Part shown: positions 9,291-19,729 of the stretch, piece after piece
Layout: every line of letters starts with the position of its first letter
How positions within the stretch are numbered: position 1 is the first letter of the stretch
Source of the DNA: Candidatus Spongiisociaceae bacterium
Lineage (GTDB): Bacteria; Actinomycetota; Acidimicrobiia; Spongiisociales; Spongiisociaceae
Direction of reading: 5' to 3'
Length of the DNA stretch: 64,000 bases
Assembly (NCBI GenBank): GCA_965219685.1
Contig: CBDCOH010000002.1
Location: forward strand, 2,752,001-2,816,000
Program-made: the position numbers and the translations under genes
Notes under the pieces: model-generated
What the model was told of the DNA's origin: nothing
The model's database searches: none
The model's input: only the letters and a program-made list of their open reading frames with translations

Positions 9291-10667
9291 TCAGCGACGC
9301 AAGAGATGGTAGGCGGTCTCCCCGGCCCAGGATCGGCGGCCGGTCCTGAACTCCTTACGATCGGCCCAACCCATCACCGCGCGGGTACCCCTGATGCCGA
9401 GCCACCGAATCGGTTCCGGCTCCCAGGGGCGCGACTCGACCCCGACCCAGGGCAGCGAGGCCAACTCCGAGTCCGCGCCGGTCACGAGGTCCGCCAGGGT
9501 TCGGCCCGCCAGGTTGGACGGCGCCACACCTTCCCCGACGTATCCTCCGGCGGTTCCGAACCCGCGGTCGCGGTCGAAGCGCACCGACGGCATCCAGTTC
9601 CGGGGAGCGCCGAGCACCCCTCCCCATCGATGCGTTATCTCGACGCCGTCGAGCACGGGAAAGATCTCCACCAGCACACTTCGGATCAGGTCGTGGGAGC
9701 GCCGGTCCCGTTCCGTTGCAGGGCTGATGCGGGAACCGTATCGGTACGGGACGGCGCGACCCCCGAAAGCGATCCGGTCGTCGGCTGTGCGCTGGCCGTA
9801 AATCACCGCGTAGCGGTCGTCGGCGAACGTCGGACGGGTCGCCAACCCTATCTTGGCCAAGGTCGCCCGGTCCAGGGGCTCGGTGGCGATCATCAGCGAG
9901 TAGAGAGGCACCAACGACCGGCGCTGTCCGGGCAGGTCGCGGGTATACGCCTCGAGGGCCCGGATCACGACCGGCGCGGTGACCATCCCGCGGCTGGTGG
10001 TGACGCGGCCCTTCTCCAGCGAGGTCGCGGGCGTCTGCTCGACGATGCGGACCCCTCGTCGCTCGACCACCTCGGCGAGGCCCCGCACCAAACGGGCAGG
10101 GTCGAGGGCCGCGCAAGGCTCGTAGAAGATCCCTCCATGAAGGTCGGTGGGATTGGCGTACTCGCGGACCTGCTTCGGAGACAGGAGGCGGATAACGTCC
10201 TCTCCGATCCCATGGGACCGGTGCTGCTCGATCTCGGCCCGCTGGCGGCGGGCCTGCGCCCGGTTGCGCGCAAAGCGTACGACGCCCCCCCTCGCGAAGC
10301 CGCAGTCGATGCCCTCGGCGGCGACCACCCGCCCAACCTCGTCGACCGAACGGTGCACGTGGCGCAGCAGTCTCAGAGCGGCATCCTGGCCCGCACGCCG
10401 CGCGTAACTGCCCACCCCGGCCACCAGTTCGCCGACGCACCACCCACCGTTGCGCCCGGAGGCACCGAAACCACAAGTCTCCCGCTCGACCACCAGAATC
10501 GACAGGGACGGATCGCGCTCGACCAGGTAGTAGGCGGTCCATAAACCCGTGAAGCCGCCGCCGACGATGACGACATCCACCTCGGTGTCGCCGTCGAGCG
10601 CGGGCCGGGGTACGAGATCTCCCGGATAGTTCGCCAGCCATAGCGACAGGTTCGAGTACTCCGACAC
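9291..10667 (-). CDS. FAD-dependent amine oxidoreductase (DadA/PuuB-like)
   Basis: VVIVGGGFTGLWTAY, GFGASGRNGGW, HRWGG, GYVGEGV; GTG start at 10667. Confidence 0.85.
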   Translation of the reverse strand: MSEYSNLSLWLANYPGDLVPRPALDGDTEVDVVIVGGGFTGLWTAYYLVERDPSLSILVVERETCGFGASGRNGGWCVGELVAGVGSYARRAGQDAALRLLRHVHRSVDEVGRVVAAEGIDCGFARGGVVRFARNRAQARRQRAEIEQHRSHGIGEDVIRLLSPKQVREYANPTDLHGGIFYEPCAALDPARLVRGLAEVVERRGVRIVEQTPATSLEKGRVTTSRGMVTAPVVIRALEAYTRDLPGQRRSLVPLYSLMIATEPLDRATLAKIGLATRPTFADDRYAVIYGQRTADDRIAFGGRAVPYRYGSRISPATERDRRSHDLIRSVLVEIFPVLDGVEITHRWGGVLGAPRNWMPSVRFDRDRGFGTAGGYVGEGVAPSNLAGRTLADLVTGADSELASLPWVGVESRPWEPEPIRWLGIRGTRAVMGWADRKEFRTGRRSWAGETAYHLLRR

Positions 10668-10690
10668 CGCCGGGAGTATATGATCCGGTC

Positions 10691-11308
10691 GTGAACGAAG
10701 AGCTTCGGTACTGCCAGATCGAGACCCGCTGGGCGGAGGACCTCGAGGCGCTGGAGCTAAGGGCGTTTCCCAGTGTCGATCCGGCTGACCTGTACTCGGC
10801 ACCCGAACTCACCGACCTTGCCGAGGCGTTCCCCGAGGGCAACTTCGTGGTGCTGGACGGCGACGAGCCGATCGCCATGGGTCTCGGGGTGCGCGTCAAC
10901 TTCGACCTGAGCAGGCCCCAGCACCGGCTAAAGGATCTCATGGCCGAGGGCGGAAAGGCCGGGCACAACCCCAACGGCGAGTGGTATTACGGAACCGACA
11001 TCTCGGTGGATCCCCGCTACCGGCGTCGCGGGATCGGGAGCCGCCTCTACGACCTCCGCAAGGGCGTATGCCGCCGGCTGGGACTACGCGGCATCATCGC
11101 CGGTGGCGTGATCCCCGGCTACGCCGACCACAAGGATTCCATGACCGCCGCCGAGTACGTGGCCAAGGTGGCGGCCGGCGAACTCTACGACCGTACGCTG
11201 AGCTTCCAGGTCAGGAACGGGTTCGAGGTCCGGGGCGTTCTTGAGAACTACATGCACGACCCGACCGTCGACAGTTGGGCGTCGTTGATCGTGTGGCCGA
11301 ACGAGTGA
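10691..11308 (+). CDS. GNAT N-acetyltransferase (YkwB-like)
   Basis: WYYGTDISVDPRYRRRGIGSRLY, GGVIPGY, DRTLSFQVRNGF. Confidence 0.8.
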   Translation: MNEELRYCQIETRWAEDLEALELRAFPSVDPADLYSAPELTDLAEAFPEGNFVVLDGDEPIAMGLGVRVNFDLSRPQHRLKDLMAEGGKAGHNPNGEWYYGTDISVDPRYRRRGIGSRLYDLRKGVCRRLGLRGIIAGGVIPGYADHKDSMTAAEYVAKVAAGELYDRTLSFQVRNGFEVRGVLENYMHDPTVDSWASLIVWPNE

Positions 11309-11480
11309 GGTCGATCCGACCAACGAACCGGTTCCCCCTTCGTGTACCGCGCCCACAGCCGCTGACCGAGTGATCTACCCGAGTCGAGGGGTTCGGTCGG
11401 TTTGACTCTCGGGCCTGGCATGATATGTGGTTCACGATATTCTACGTACAATACGAGTTGTAGACTATCGGAACGGTGGT

Positions 11481-11867
11481 ATGGTTGACGCCATGGAGAT
11501 GGACGCCAACGCCCAGATCATCGTCGCTGTAGCTCTAGGTGTGCTGACCATCGTCTGGAACCAGCAGAGAAGCGTAGGCAATCTACGTCAGGAGTTCCAG
11601 GAAGCCAACAAGGAGCTACGCCGGGAACTCCAGGAAGCTCACTCTCAGATGCGTCAGGAGTTCCAGGAAGCTCACTCGCAGATGCGGCACGAGTCCCAGG
11701 AAGCCAACGCGCAACTTCGTGGGGCCGTAGCCAGGAACGGGGAGAGGCTGGCCCGGATCGAGGGACATCTAGGCATCGGTGTGGACGCTCCCCGCGCGCC
11801 CCGGACGAGCGGGACCCGAGCCCATACCGACGAAGCGGCTCAGACCCGCCACGCCGCAACAGGCTGA
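11481..11867 (+). CDS. Small membrane-anchored coiled-coil protein with 11-aa repeats
   Basis: N-terminal TM, about 4 x (RQEFQEAHSQM)-like units from 33-bp DNA repeats, ERLARIEG tail; start uncertain. Confidence 0.6.
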   Translation: MVDAMEMDANAQIIVAVALGVLTIVWNQQRSVGNLRQEFQEANKELRRELQEAHSQMRQEFQEAHSQMRHESQEANAQLRGAVARNGERLARIEGHLGIGVDAPRAPRTSGTRAHTDEAAQTRHAATG

Positions 11868-11956
11868 CGGCCGTTTCGCTATCGACTCGGTGGTTCGTGA
11901 CCTGTCACCCACCGCAGGCCTAACGGGTCGTGGCGGGTGATTCGGGCGGCGTCTGC

Positions 11957-12457
11957 TCAGCCGAGGGCAGCGAGGGCGCCGTCGTAGTCGGGCTCGTCAA
12001 CTATCTCCGGCACCAGGTGCGAGTAGAGCACCGTCCCGTCGCGGTCGATGACCACCACGGCCCTTGCGCACAGTCCTTCGAGCGGTCCGTCCACCATGCC
12101 CACCCCGAACGCGTCCATGAACTCCCGGTTGCGGAACACCGAGCCTGTGACGACGTTGCCGATTCCCTCGGCTTCGCAGAAGCGGCCCGCCGCGAAGGGT
12201 AGGTCGGCCGAGACACACACGACCGTGGTGTCTTCGAGCGCGGCGGCGCGCTCGTTGAATGCCCGGACGGAGGCGGCGCAGGTGCCCGTGTCGACCGACG
12301 GAAAGATGTTGAGAACCACGCGCCCCCCGGCGAGGTCTCCGGAAGATACGGAGCCGAGATCCTTGGTGGTGAGGGTGAAGCCCGGCGCCGCGGCGCCGAC
12401 CGCGGGCAGGTCCCCGCTCGTGTTGACCGCGTTCCCGTGCAGTGCCGTTCGTGCCAT
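11957..12457 (-). CDS. tpx: Thiol peroxidase (atypical 2-Cys Prx)
   Basis: FPSVDTGTCAASVRAFN, SADLPFAAGRFC, EIVDEPDY. Confidence 0.92.
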   Translation of the reverse strand: MARTALHGNAVNTSGDLPAVGAAAPGFTLTTKDLGSVSSGDLAGGRVVLNIFPSVDTGTCAASVRAFNERAAALEDTTVVCVSADLPFAAGRFCEAEGIGNVVTGSVFRNREFMDAFGVGMVDGPLEGLCARAVVVIDRDGTVLYSHLVPEIVDEPDYDGALAALG

Positions 12458-12566
12458 GCGTTTCTCCTTCGAATTCCGCGTCCGGCACCGGTGAATCGTG
12501 CGGCCGGCACCGAGAACGCCGGCCGGACGGCCGACCCGTCAAGGTTAGCGATCGCGGAATGCCCGA

Positions 12567-13796
12567 TCAGTCCTCAAGGTGTGACGTGATGTTGTAGGTG
12601 GCCAGGACCGGATGGCCGGAGGCTCCGATGGCCACCTGTGTGACCGAGGCGTTGTCGAGGGATGCGAGAAGCCGGGCCTTCTCGAATCCGAAGTCCAGCA
12701 CGGAACCTGCACAGGCTCTGATGGCCCCGCCGTGCGAGACCACCGCCACTCTCCGGCGCGGATGGGTCTCAACCAGCGATTCGAGGAACGGCGCCATTCT
12801 CCGCTGCACCTCGCTCCATGTCTCGCCGGCGTGATCCCAGCCGGGGCCGGCCCCACCCCTCAGGTCTCCACCCCCGCGTCGCGGCGCCTCCACCTCGGGC
12901 CACTTGTCTCCGTCCCGTCCGGCCAGGTCGACCTCCCCTAGCCCCGGAACCGCGACAGGTGGGCCACCACCGAGGATCCCGGCTGTCTCCATCGCCCGGC
13001 CGAGAGGGGACGAGTACACCTGGTCGATCTCCCCGATCCTGTCCCTCAGCCTCTCGGTCTGGAGTTTTCCGCTGGGATGGAGGCCGTCCCGACCGCGCCG
13101 ACCCCTCCGTTCCGCGTTGGCATAGGTAGCCCCATGGCGGATCAACTCCACCACCACCCCTCCTCCCAGCCTCATCTGTTCCGACCAAGCGGGAACGGGA
13201 GCCGGATGAGCCGCATCGTTGAACCGACGCATGACCGCTCCATCCCTCCCGAAGCTCAACTCGCAAAGGGAGGCGTTGGACACGAGCCCGAGGCGGCGTC
13301 GGTCCGACGGGAGGTCCAGAAGGAGCCGCAGGAGGGCGCCTATCAGGCCGGCGTGGGTCACGACCAGAGCGGTCTGACCTTCGTCGAGCCGGCTGACCAC
13401 GTCGTGAACGCCCTCCCAACCGCGCTCTCCAGCTTGCCGGGGAGACTCCCCGGTCACGCCTACGGGCATGTCGTAGTCGTAGTGGAGCCGCTCCAACTCC
13501 TCTCCGAAGTGAGCCATCACATACCGGCGGTCCAGCCCCTCCCACTCGCCCACGTCCCCCTCCCGCCAAATCTGACGGCGACGTGGCTCGAAGCCTGCGG
13601 CTCTCGCCGTATCCACGCACCGTTCCAAGTCCGACGACTCGACAAGCGCCAGGCGCCGACCGGCCAGCCTCCCCCCGGAGCGCCGCGCTTGGCGAAGCCC
13701 CCTGGATGTCAAAGGACTGGAACCTGTCCCCTGCCAGACCCCGCGCGCGTTGGCTGCCGACTCCCCGTGGCGCATCAGGATCACGTTCCTGGCCAA
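12567..13796 (-). CDS. Tandem-domain histidine phosphatase (PGM family), paralogue B
   Basis: Two RHG motifs (MRHGES, IRHGAT), THAG/SHGG; TTG start. Confidence 0.8.
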   Translation of the reverse strand: MARNVILMRHGESAANARGVWQGTGSSPLTSRGLRQARRSGGRLAGRRLALVESSDLERCVDTARAAGFEPRRRQIWREGDVGEWEGLDRRYVMAHFGEELERLHYDYDMPVGVTGESPRQAGERGWEGVHDVVSRLDEGQTALVVTHAGLIGALLRLLLDLPSDRRRLGLVSNASLCELSFGRDGAVMRRFNDAAHPAPVPAWSEQMRLGGGVVVELIRHGATYANAERRGRRGRDGLHPSGKLQTERLRDRIGEIDQVYSSPLGRAMETAGILGGGPPVAVPGLGEVDLAGRDGDKWPEVEAPRRGGGDLRGGAGPGWDHAGETWSEVQRRMAPFLESLVETHPRRRVAVVSHGGAIRACAGSVLDFGFEKARLLASLDNASVTQVAIGASGHPVLATYNITSHLED

Positions 13797-13839
13797 GTAC
13801 CCATCTCCTCGTCCGCCGTTCCGGCCGCGGTCCTTCGTC

Positions 13840-15084
13840 CTACCCGGCCCGTGCCTTCTCGAGATGGCCGGTAACGTTGTAGGTGGCGATGGCCGGCTTC
13901 CCGTCCGCGGTTACCACCACCTGGGTCACCGACGTGTTGCCCAGGGACCCGATGAGGCGAGCCTTCTCGAATCCGAAGCCGAGAGCGAAACCCGCGTAGG
14001 CACGTATCGCCCCTCCGTGGGAGGCTACCGCTACCCGACCCCCGGGGTGGGTCCGCTGGAGGGCGTTGAGGAATCCCGAGGTCCTGTTCTGGACGTCGCT
14101 CCATGTCTCGCCGGTATGACCGCGACGGATGTCGTTCCCGTCGGTGGGATACCCGCCCAGCTTGCCGGAAGCCTCGAGTTCTTCCCACAGTTCGCCCTCC
14201 CACTCCCCAAGGCTTATCTCCACCATCTCGTTGACCGGGATGGCCGGTCGCCCGAAAACGAGTTCGGCGGTGGCCATTGCCCTGCCCAGGGACGATGAGT
14301 AGACCTCATCCACCTCTCCGATCCAGCCGCTCAGCTTCAGGGACTGGGCACGTCCGGCGGGATGGAGGCCGTTGTCCCGCCGCCCCTGGACACGGCGCTC
14401 CAGATTGGCGTGGGTAACCCCGTGGCGGATCAGGTCGATCACGATCGCCCCTTGCATGCGCATGTCGGAAGACCAACCGGTCACCGGACCGAGATGGGCG
14501 GCGTCGTTGTATCTAATGAGAGCCGGGCCGTGGTCGTGGAGAGTCAGTTCGGAGAAGGCCGTATTGCTCAACTGAGCTAGCCGGCGACGGCCCGTGGGCA
14601 AATCCAGCAGCCTCCACAGCACCGCGCCGATCAGACCACCATGGGTGACGACCAGTGCGGTCTCCCCGTCGCGCAACCGGGCGACCAGATCATCCAGTGC
14701 CGCACACCCCCGCTCGGCGACCTGCCTGGGTGACTCGCCGGTCACGCCCATTCGCATGTCGTAGTCCCAGTGAAGCCGTGCGATCTCTTCGGCGTAGCTG
14801 TCCTGGGCAAGCCTTTCGGTAATGCCCTCCCACCGACCGATGTCGCCTTCCCGCCATGCGGACCGCTGGAGCGGCTCGAACCCGGCCACTCGAGCGGTGT
14901 CGACGGAACGCTCCAGGTCGGAGGATTCGACGATGGTGAACCGGCGCCCCGCCAGCCTTTCCCCGGCCTTCCCGGCCTGGGCGCGACCTCTCGCCGTCAG
15001 CGGACTGGAACCGGCGCCCTGGAACAGGTGACGCGCGTTGGCCTCGGACTCGCCGTGGCGCATCAGGATCACATGCTTCGCCAT
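13840..15084 (-). CDS. Tandem-domain histidine phosphatase (PGM family), paralogue A
   Basis: MRHGES...THGG and IRHGVT...EISLGEWEG...SHGG. Confidence 0.85.
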   Translation of the reverse strand: MAKHVILMRHGESEANARHLFQGAGSSPLTARGRAQAGKAGERLAGRRFTIVESSDLERSVDTARVAGFEPLQRSAWREGDIGRWEGITERLAQDSYAEEIARLHWDYDMRMGVTGESPRQVAERGCAALDDLVARLRDGETALVVTHGGLIGAVLWRLLDLPTGRRRLAQLSNTAFSELTLHDHGPALIRYNDAAHLGPVTGWSSDMRMQGAIVIDLIRHGVTHANLERRVQGRRDNGLHPAGRAQSLKLSGWIGEVDEVYSSSLGRAMATAELVFGRPAIPVNEMVEISLGEWEGELWEELEASGKLGGYPTDGNDIRRGHTGETWSDVQNRTSGFLNALQRTHPGGRVAVASHGGAIRAYAGFALGFGFEKARLIGSLGNTSVTQVVVTADGKPAIATYNVTGHLEKARAG

Positions 15085-15199
15085 GAACTCCTGCTCGCTC
15101 CGCTAGCACCGAGGCGCGCAGCTACCCACCCGCATGGCCGAAGCGCATGGACTCCGCCTGCCGTGCCCAGAACCCGATTCTCCGTTGGAACTGCCTGCG

Positions 15200-17263
15200 T
15201 CAGATGAACGCCGCCGCGAAGATGAGGGACACGATCGTCATGACCTTGATCACAATGTTCATCGCAGGGCCTGACGTGTCTTTGAAGGGGTCTCCGACCG
15301 TATCGCCGATGACCGCGGCCTTGTGCTGCTCGGACCCCTTACCCCCGAATGCACCCGACTCGATCAGCTTCTTGGCGTTGTCCCACGCACCGCCGGCGTT
15401 CGCCATGAAGATGGCGAGCAGGAACCCGGTGACGAGCGCACCGGCGAGTAGCCCGCCCAGCGCTTCCACATCGATGAACCCCACGACCAGCGGGAGGGCC
15501 ACCGCCAGCGCACCGGGCACGATCATCTCCCGAAGGGCGGATCCGGTCGCTATGTCGACTGCCTTGGCGTACTCGGGTTTCGCGTCCGGGTCACCCTTGA
15601 GCAACCCCGGGATCTCGCGGAACTGGCGCCTAACCTCCTCGATCATCCGGAAGGCGGCCCGGCTGACCGCGTTGATGGTCAGAGATGCGAAAAGGAACGG
15701 GAACATCGCCCCCAGGAACAGGCCGACCGTGGTCCCGACGTTGGTGATGTCTATGGAATCGAGCCCCACCGCCTGCGTGAAGGCTGCGAAAAGGGCGAGC
15801 GCGGTGACAGCCGCCGAGCCGATCGCGAAGCCCTTTCCCAGGGCGGCTGTGGTGTTGCCCAGGGCGTCCAACTCATCGGTGGCTTCCCGGACCTCGGGGG
15901 GCAGGTGCGCCATCTCGGCGATGCCGCCGGCATTGTCGGCAATCGGCCCGTAGGCGTCGACCGCCACGGTGATCCCAAGAGTCGACAGGACGCCGATGGC
16001 GGCGATGGCCACCCCGTAGATGCCTCCCCCTTCCCCGATCGCCCAGTCCCCCGCCGCGTAGGCTCCGGCGATGCCCGCCGCAACGACGATCACGGAGAAG
16101 GCGGCGGACCGCATCCCTTCGGCGATGCCCGCCAGCACCACCGTGGCGGGGCCGGTCTCCGTCTGGCGGGCGATCTCCTTCACGGTCTTGTAGTGGTCGG
16201 ACGTGAAAACCTCCGAGAGCTTGCCCACCAGTATCCCCACCACCAGGCCTACCAGCACCGCCAGGGCCAGACCGAACGGGTTCTCCACCCCGTCCGCGTC
16301 CCCGAAGATGACGTTCGTGAGGATCAGGGTTCCGACGACCGTGAGCGCCACGGCGACGTTGTTGCCCCGGTGGAGGGCCTTGGCGAGGTTGTCCCCCGTA
16401 ACCCGAACGAAGAAGGAGCCGATGATGGCCGCCAGCATCCCGACCGCCGCAATCGCCAGCGGGAACATGATGGCCTCGACAACGAAGGAACTCGAAGCGA
16501 ACACGATGGCCGCGTATGCGATGGGAGCGACGATCGAACCGACATACGACTCGAACAGGTCCGCCCCCATGCCGGCCACGTCACCGACGTTGTCGCCCAC
16601 GTTGTCGGCGATCACCGCCGGGTTCCGCGGATCGTCCTCGGGTATGCCGGCTTCGACCTTGCCGACCAGGTCAGCGCCCACGTCGGCCGCCTTGGTGTAG
16701 ATACCGCCCCCGACGCGTGCGAAGAGAGCGATCGAGGAACCTCCCAATCCGATCGCAGCGATGATGTTGTACTGGTCGGCGTCTGCGATCTCAAGAACGT
16801 TGACGAACAGCAGGTATCCGATCGTCACCCCTAGCAGTCCCAGACCGGCAACGCTGAACCCCATCACCGCGCCTCCCCGGAAGGCCACCGGGAGGGCCCG
16901 CTTGACGCCGCCAACCCGGGCCGCTTCGGTGGTTCTGGAGTTGGCGGAGGTTGCGATCCTCATGCCCACGAACCCTGCGGCGGCCGAGAGCACCGCCCCG
17001 AAGACGTAGGCGATGGACCCCCATGGCGCCCCCCATGGCAGAACCACGGAGATCAGGATGGCCAGAACGACGACGAAGACGGCCACCCATGTGTATTCAC
17101 GCTTCATGAAGGCGTCGGCGCCTTCGCGGATGGCTGCCGACAGCTCTCGCATCCGATCGTTGCCCGGGTCTGCGGCCAGAACTACCCGTGCGTAGTACAC
17201 GGCTAGTGCCAACGCCGCCAAACCGGCGATGAGGGCGCTCACCAATACAGCGTCTGAGGACAT
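15200..17263 (-). CDS. hppA: Membrane-bound pyrophosphatase, K+-dependent, probably Na+-pumping
   Basis: GGGIYTKAADVGADLVGKVE, DNVGDNVGD, GADLFESY, GNTTAALGKG, GDTVGDPFKD. Confidence 0.93.
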   Translation of the reverse strand: MSSDAVLVSALIAGLAALALAVYYARVVLAADPGNDRMRELSAAIREGADAFMKREYTWVAVFVVVLAILISVVLPWGAPWGSIAYVFGAVLSAAAGFVGMRIATSANSRTTEAARVGGVKRALPVAFRGGAVMGFSVAGLGLLGVTIGYLLFVNVLEIADADQYNIIAAIGLGGSSIALFARVGGGIYTKAADVGADLVGKVEAGIPEDDPRNPAVIADNVGDNVGDVAGMGADLFESYVGSIVAPIAYAAIVFASSSFVVEAIMFPLAIAAVGMLAAIIGSFFVRVTGDNLAKALHRGNNVAVALTVVGTLILTNVIFGDADGVENPFGLALAVLVGLVVGILVGKLSEVFTSDHYKTVKEIARQTETGPATVVLAGIAEGMRSAAFSVIVVAAGIAGAYAAGDWAIGEGGGIYGVAIAAIGVLSTLGITVAVDAYGPIADNAGGIAEMAHLPPEVREATDELDALGNTTAALGKGFAIGSAAVTALALFAAFTQAVGLDSIDITNVGTTVGLFLGAMFPFLFASLTINAVSRAAFRMIEEVRRQFREIPGLLKGDPDAKPEYAKAVDIATGSALREMIVPGALAVALPLVVGFIDVEALGGLLAGALVTGFLLAIFMANAGGAWDNAKKLIESGAFGGKGSEQHKAAVIGDTVGDPFKDTSGPAMNIVIKVMTIVSLIFAAAFI

Positions 17264-17317
17264 GGCAGGAACCTTCCTTGGAGCGGGTGGCCTGAGTATA
17301 TGGCAGGTGCCGGGTGG

Positions 17318-17401
17318 CTGGTGACTGGTGACTGGTGACTGGTGACTGGTGACTGGTGACTGGTGACTGGTGACTGGTGACTGGTGACTGGTGACTGGTG
17401 A
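17318..17401. repeat. (CTGGTGA)12 perfect heptamer array
   Basis: Read directly from sequence. Confidence 0.95.
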
Positions 17402-17438
17402 CCCATACCTACTTAATCACTGCTAACATATATAATTT

Positions 17439-17550
17439 TTCACTATTCACTATTCACTATTCACTATTCACTATTCACTATTCACTATTCACTATTCACT
17501 ATTCACTATTCACTACTCACTACTCACTACTCACTATTCACTATTCACTA
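17439..17550. repeat. (TTCACTA)16 heptamer array, 3 units with a T>C variant
   Basis: Read directly; the last CTA is the glcB stop codon. Confidence 0.95.
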
Positions 17551-19707
17551 ACCGACCAATCCTTTGCTCTCGGCTCGCCTGGTGTGGAGGATTGGCTCGG
17601 TGTAGCCCGAGGGTTGCGCGGTTCCCTCGAAGACAAGGTCGCAGGCTGCGCGGAAGGCCGGCCCATCGAACCCGGGCGCCATCGGTACGTAGGCGGCGTC
17701 ACCCGCGTTCTGGCGGTCGACCACCGCCGCCATGCGCTTCATCGTCTCCATGACCTGATCCTCGTCGACGACACCGTGGTGCATCCAGTTTGCGATGTGC
17801 TGGGACGAGATGCGACAGGTGGCCCGGTCCTCCATCAGGCCGATGTCGTTGATGTCGGGAACCTTCGAGCAACCGATCCCCTGGTCGACCCAGCGGACCA
17901 CGTAGCCGAGGATTCCTTGGGCGTTGTTGTCGAGCTCGGCCGCGATCTGCTCCGGTTCCCAGTTAGCGTCAACGGCCACGGGGATGTCGAGCAGGTCGGT
18001 CATCGGGCGTGGTTGGCGGCCTCGAATCTCCTGCTGGCGCCGGGCCACATCCACCTGGTGATAGTGGGTGGCGTGGAGGGTGGCGGCTGTGGGGGATGGA
18101 ACCCACGCGCAACTGGCCCCGGCCCTGGGATGTCCGATCTTTTGCTCCAGCATCGCCGCCATCAGGTCGGGCGCGGCCCACATACCCTTGCCGATCTGGG
18201 CTCGACCGCTCAACCCGCAGGCCAAGCCGACGTCGACGTTCCAGTCCTCGTAGGCATCGATCCAGACCTGGTTCTTCATCTCGGTCTTCCGGACCATCGG
18301 GCCGGCTTCCATGGAGGTGTGTATCTCGTCGCCGGTCCGGTCGAGGAAGCCCGTATTGATGAAGACGAGCCTCGACTTGGCGGCCCTGATGCACTCCTTC
18401 AGGTTGAGGGTGGTCCGCCGCTCCTCGTCCATCAGGCCGATCTTGATGGTGTTCGCCGGCAGGCCCAGCACCTCTTCCACCCGCCCGAACACCTTGTCGG
18501 TGAAGGCGACCTCAGCAGAGCCGTGCATCTTGGGCTTGACCACGTAGAGAGACCCCTTCCTGCTATTGCGGCCGGAGTTGTCGCCGCGCAGATCATGACA
18601 GCCGATGAGCCCTGTGATCATCGCGTCGACGAGTCCCTCGAAAGCCTCGCCGCCGTCCTGGTCGAGGATGGCAGGCGTCGTCATCAGGTGCCCGACGTTG
18701 CGAACCAGGAGAAGCGAGCGGCCGGGGAGGGTCAGCGGACTCCCGTCGACGCCAATGAAGGTGCGGTCCTCCGCCAGCCGTCTCGTGAAGGTTCTCCCGC
18801 CCTTGGTCACCTCCGCCGTCAGGTCACCCTTGATCAGACCCAGCAGGTTGCGGTAGGCAACGACCTTGTCGGCCGCGTCGACCGCAGCGATCGAATCCTC
18901 GAGATCCATGATGGTGGTCACCGCCGCCTCCAGCACGATGTCTGCGATGCCGGCCGGGTCGGAGGTGCCGACGGGATGGCCCCGATCGATGACGATCTCG
19001 ATGTGGAGACCGTTGTTGCGCAACAGGACCGAGCTGGGCTCCACCGGATCCCCGAGGTACCCCACCAGCTGCGACGGCCGCCTCAGGCCGGTCGCACGGC
19101 TGAGGATCTGGCGGACCAACAGCTTGCCGTCATGGACCGAATAGTGGATTGCGTCCCCGTGCTTCCCATCGGCGAGCGGAACCACATCGTCGAGGAAGCG
19201 GCTGCACCAGGCGACCACCTTGTCGCCCCGCCGCTGGTCGTAAGCGCCCGCCCCGGGCCGGTCGCCGAGAGCATCCGTACCGTAGAGAGCGTCGTACAGG
19301 GACCCCCACCGGGCGTTGGTGGCGTTGGTGGCGAACCGGGCGTTCATCACCGGCACGACCAGTTGCGGTCCGGCCACGGAGGCTATCTCGGAGTCGACAC
19401 CGGCTGTGTCGATGCTGAAGCTCCCACCCTCCGGTTCGATGTAGCCGATCTCCTCGAGGAACTCCCGGTATGCACTCCGGTCGAATCCCCCGTCCCGACG
19501 GCCGAGGTGCCACGAGTCAATCTGTGCCTGGAGAGCGGCCCTCCGCTCGAGCAGATCCCGGTTGATCGGACCGCAGTCGTGTACGAGTTCGGCTAGGCCT
19601 CTCCAGAAAACCGCAGGATCGACAGCGCTGCCGGGTAGGGCTTCGTCGGTTACGAACCCGAAGAGATCCGCGGCAACTTCCAGCCCCTCGACGTTGAGGG
19701 CGTTCAT
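17548..19707 (-). CDS. glcB: Malate synthase G
   Basis: [68 protein letters not shown]. Confidence 0.96.
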   Translation of the reverse strand: MNALNVEGLEVAADLFGFVTDEALPGSAVDPAVFWRGLAELVHDCGPINRDLLERRAALQAQIDSWHLGRRDGGFDRSAYREFLEEIGYIEPEGGSFSIDTAGVDSEIASVAGPQLVVPVMNARFATNATNARWGSLYDALYGTDALGDRPGAGAYDQRRGDKVVAWCSRFLDDVVPLADGKHGDAIHYSVHDGKLLVRQILSRATGLRRPSQLVGYLGDPVEPSSVLLRNNGLHIEIVIDRGHPVGTSDPAGIADIVLEAAVTTIMDLEDSIAAVDAADKVVAYRNLLGLIKGDLTAEVTKGGRTFTRRLAEDRTFIGVDGSPLTLPGRSLLLVRNVGHLMTTPAILDQDGGEAFEGLVDAMITGLIGCHDLRGDNSGRNSRKGSLYVVKPKMHGSAEVAFTDKVFGRVEEVLGLPANTIKIGLMDEERRTTLNLKECIRAAKSRLVFINTGFLDRTGDEIHTSMEAGPMVRKTEMKNQVWIDAYEDWNVDVGLACGLSGRAQIGKGMWAAPDLMAAMLEQKIGHPRAGASCAWVPSPTAATLHATHYHQVDVARRQQEIRGRQPRPMTDLLDIPVAVDANWEPEQIAAELDNNAQGILGYVVRWVDQGIGCSKVPDINDIGLMEDRATCRISSQHIANWMHHGVVDEDQVMETMKRMAAVVDRQNAGDAAYVPMAPGFDGPAFRAACDLVFEGTAQPSGYTEPILHTRRAESKGLVG

Positions 19708-19729
19708 AGGGATAGCGATGCTAGTCGGA

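Noticed and set aside
17398-19596. 732-aa + strand ORF and similar long ORFs (41502-43742, 44032-45729, 60357-62087, 9355-10974)
   Set aside because: Antisense or off-frame shadows of well-supported genes in high-GC DNA
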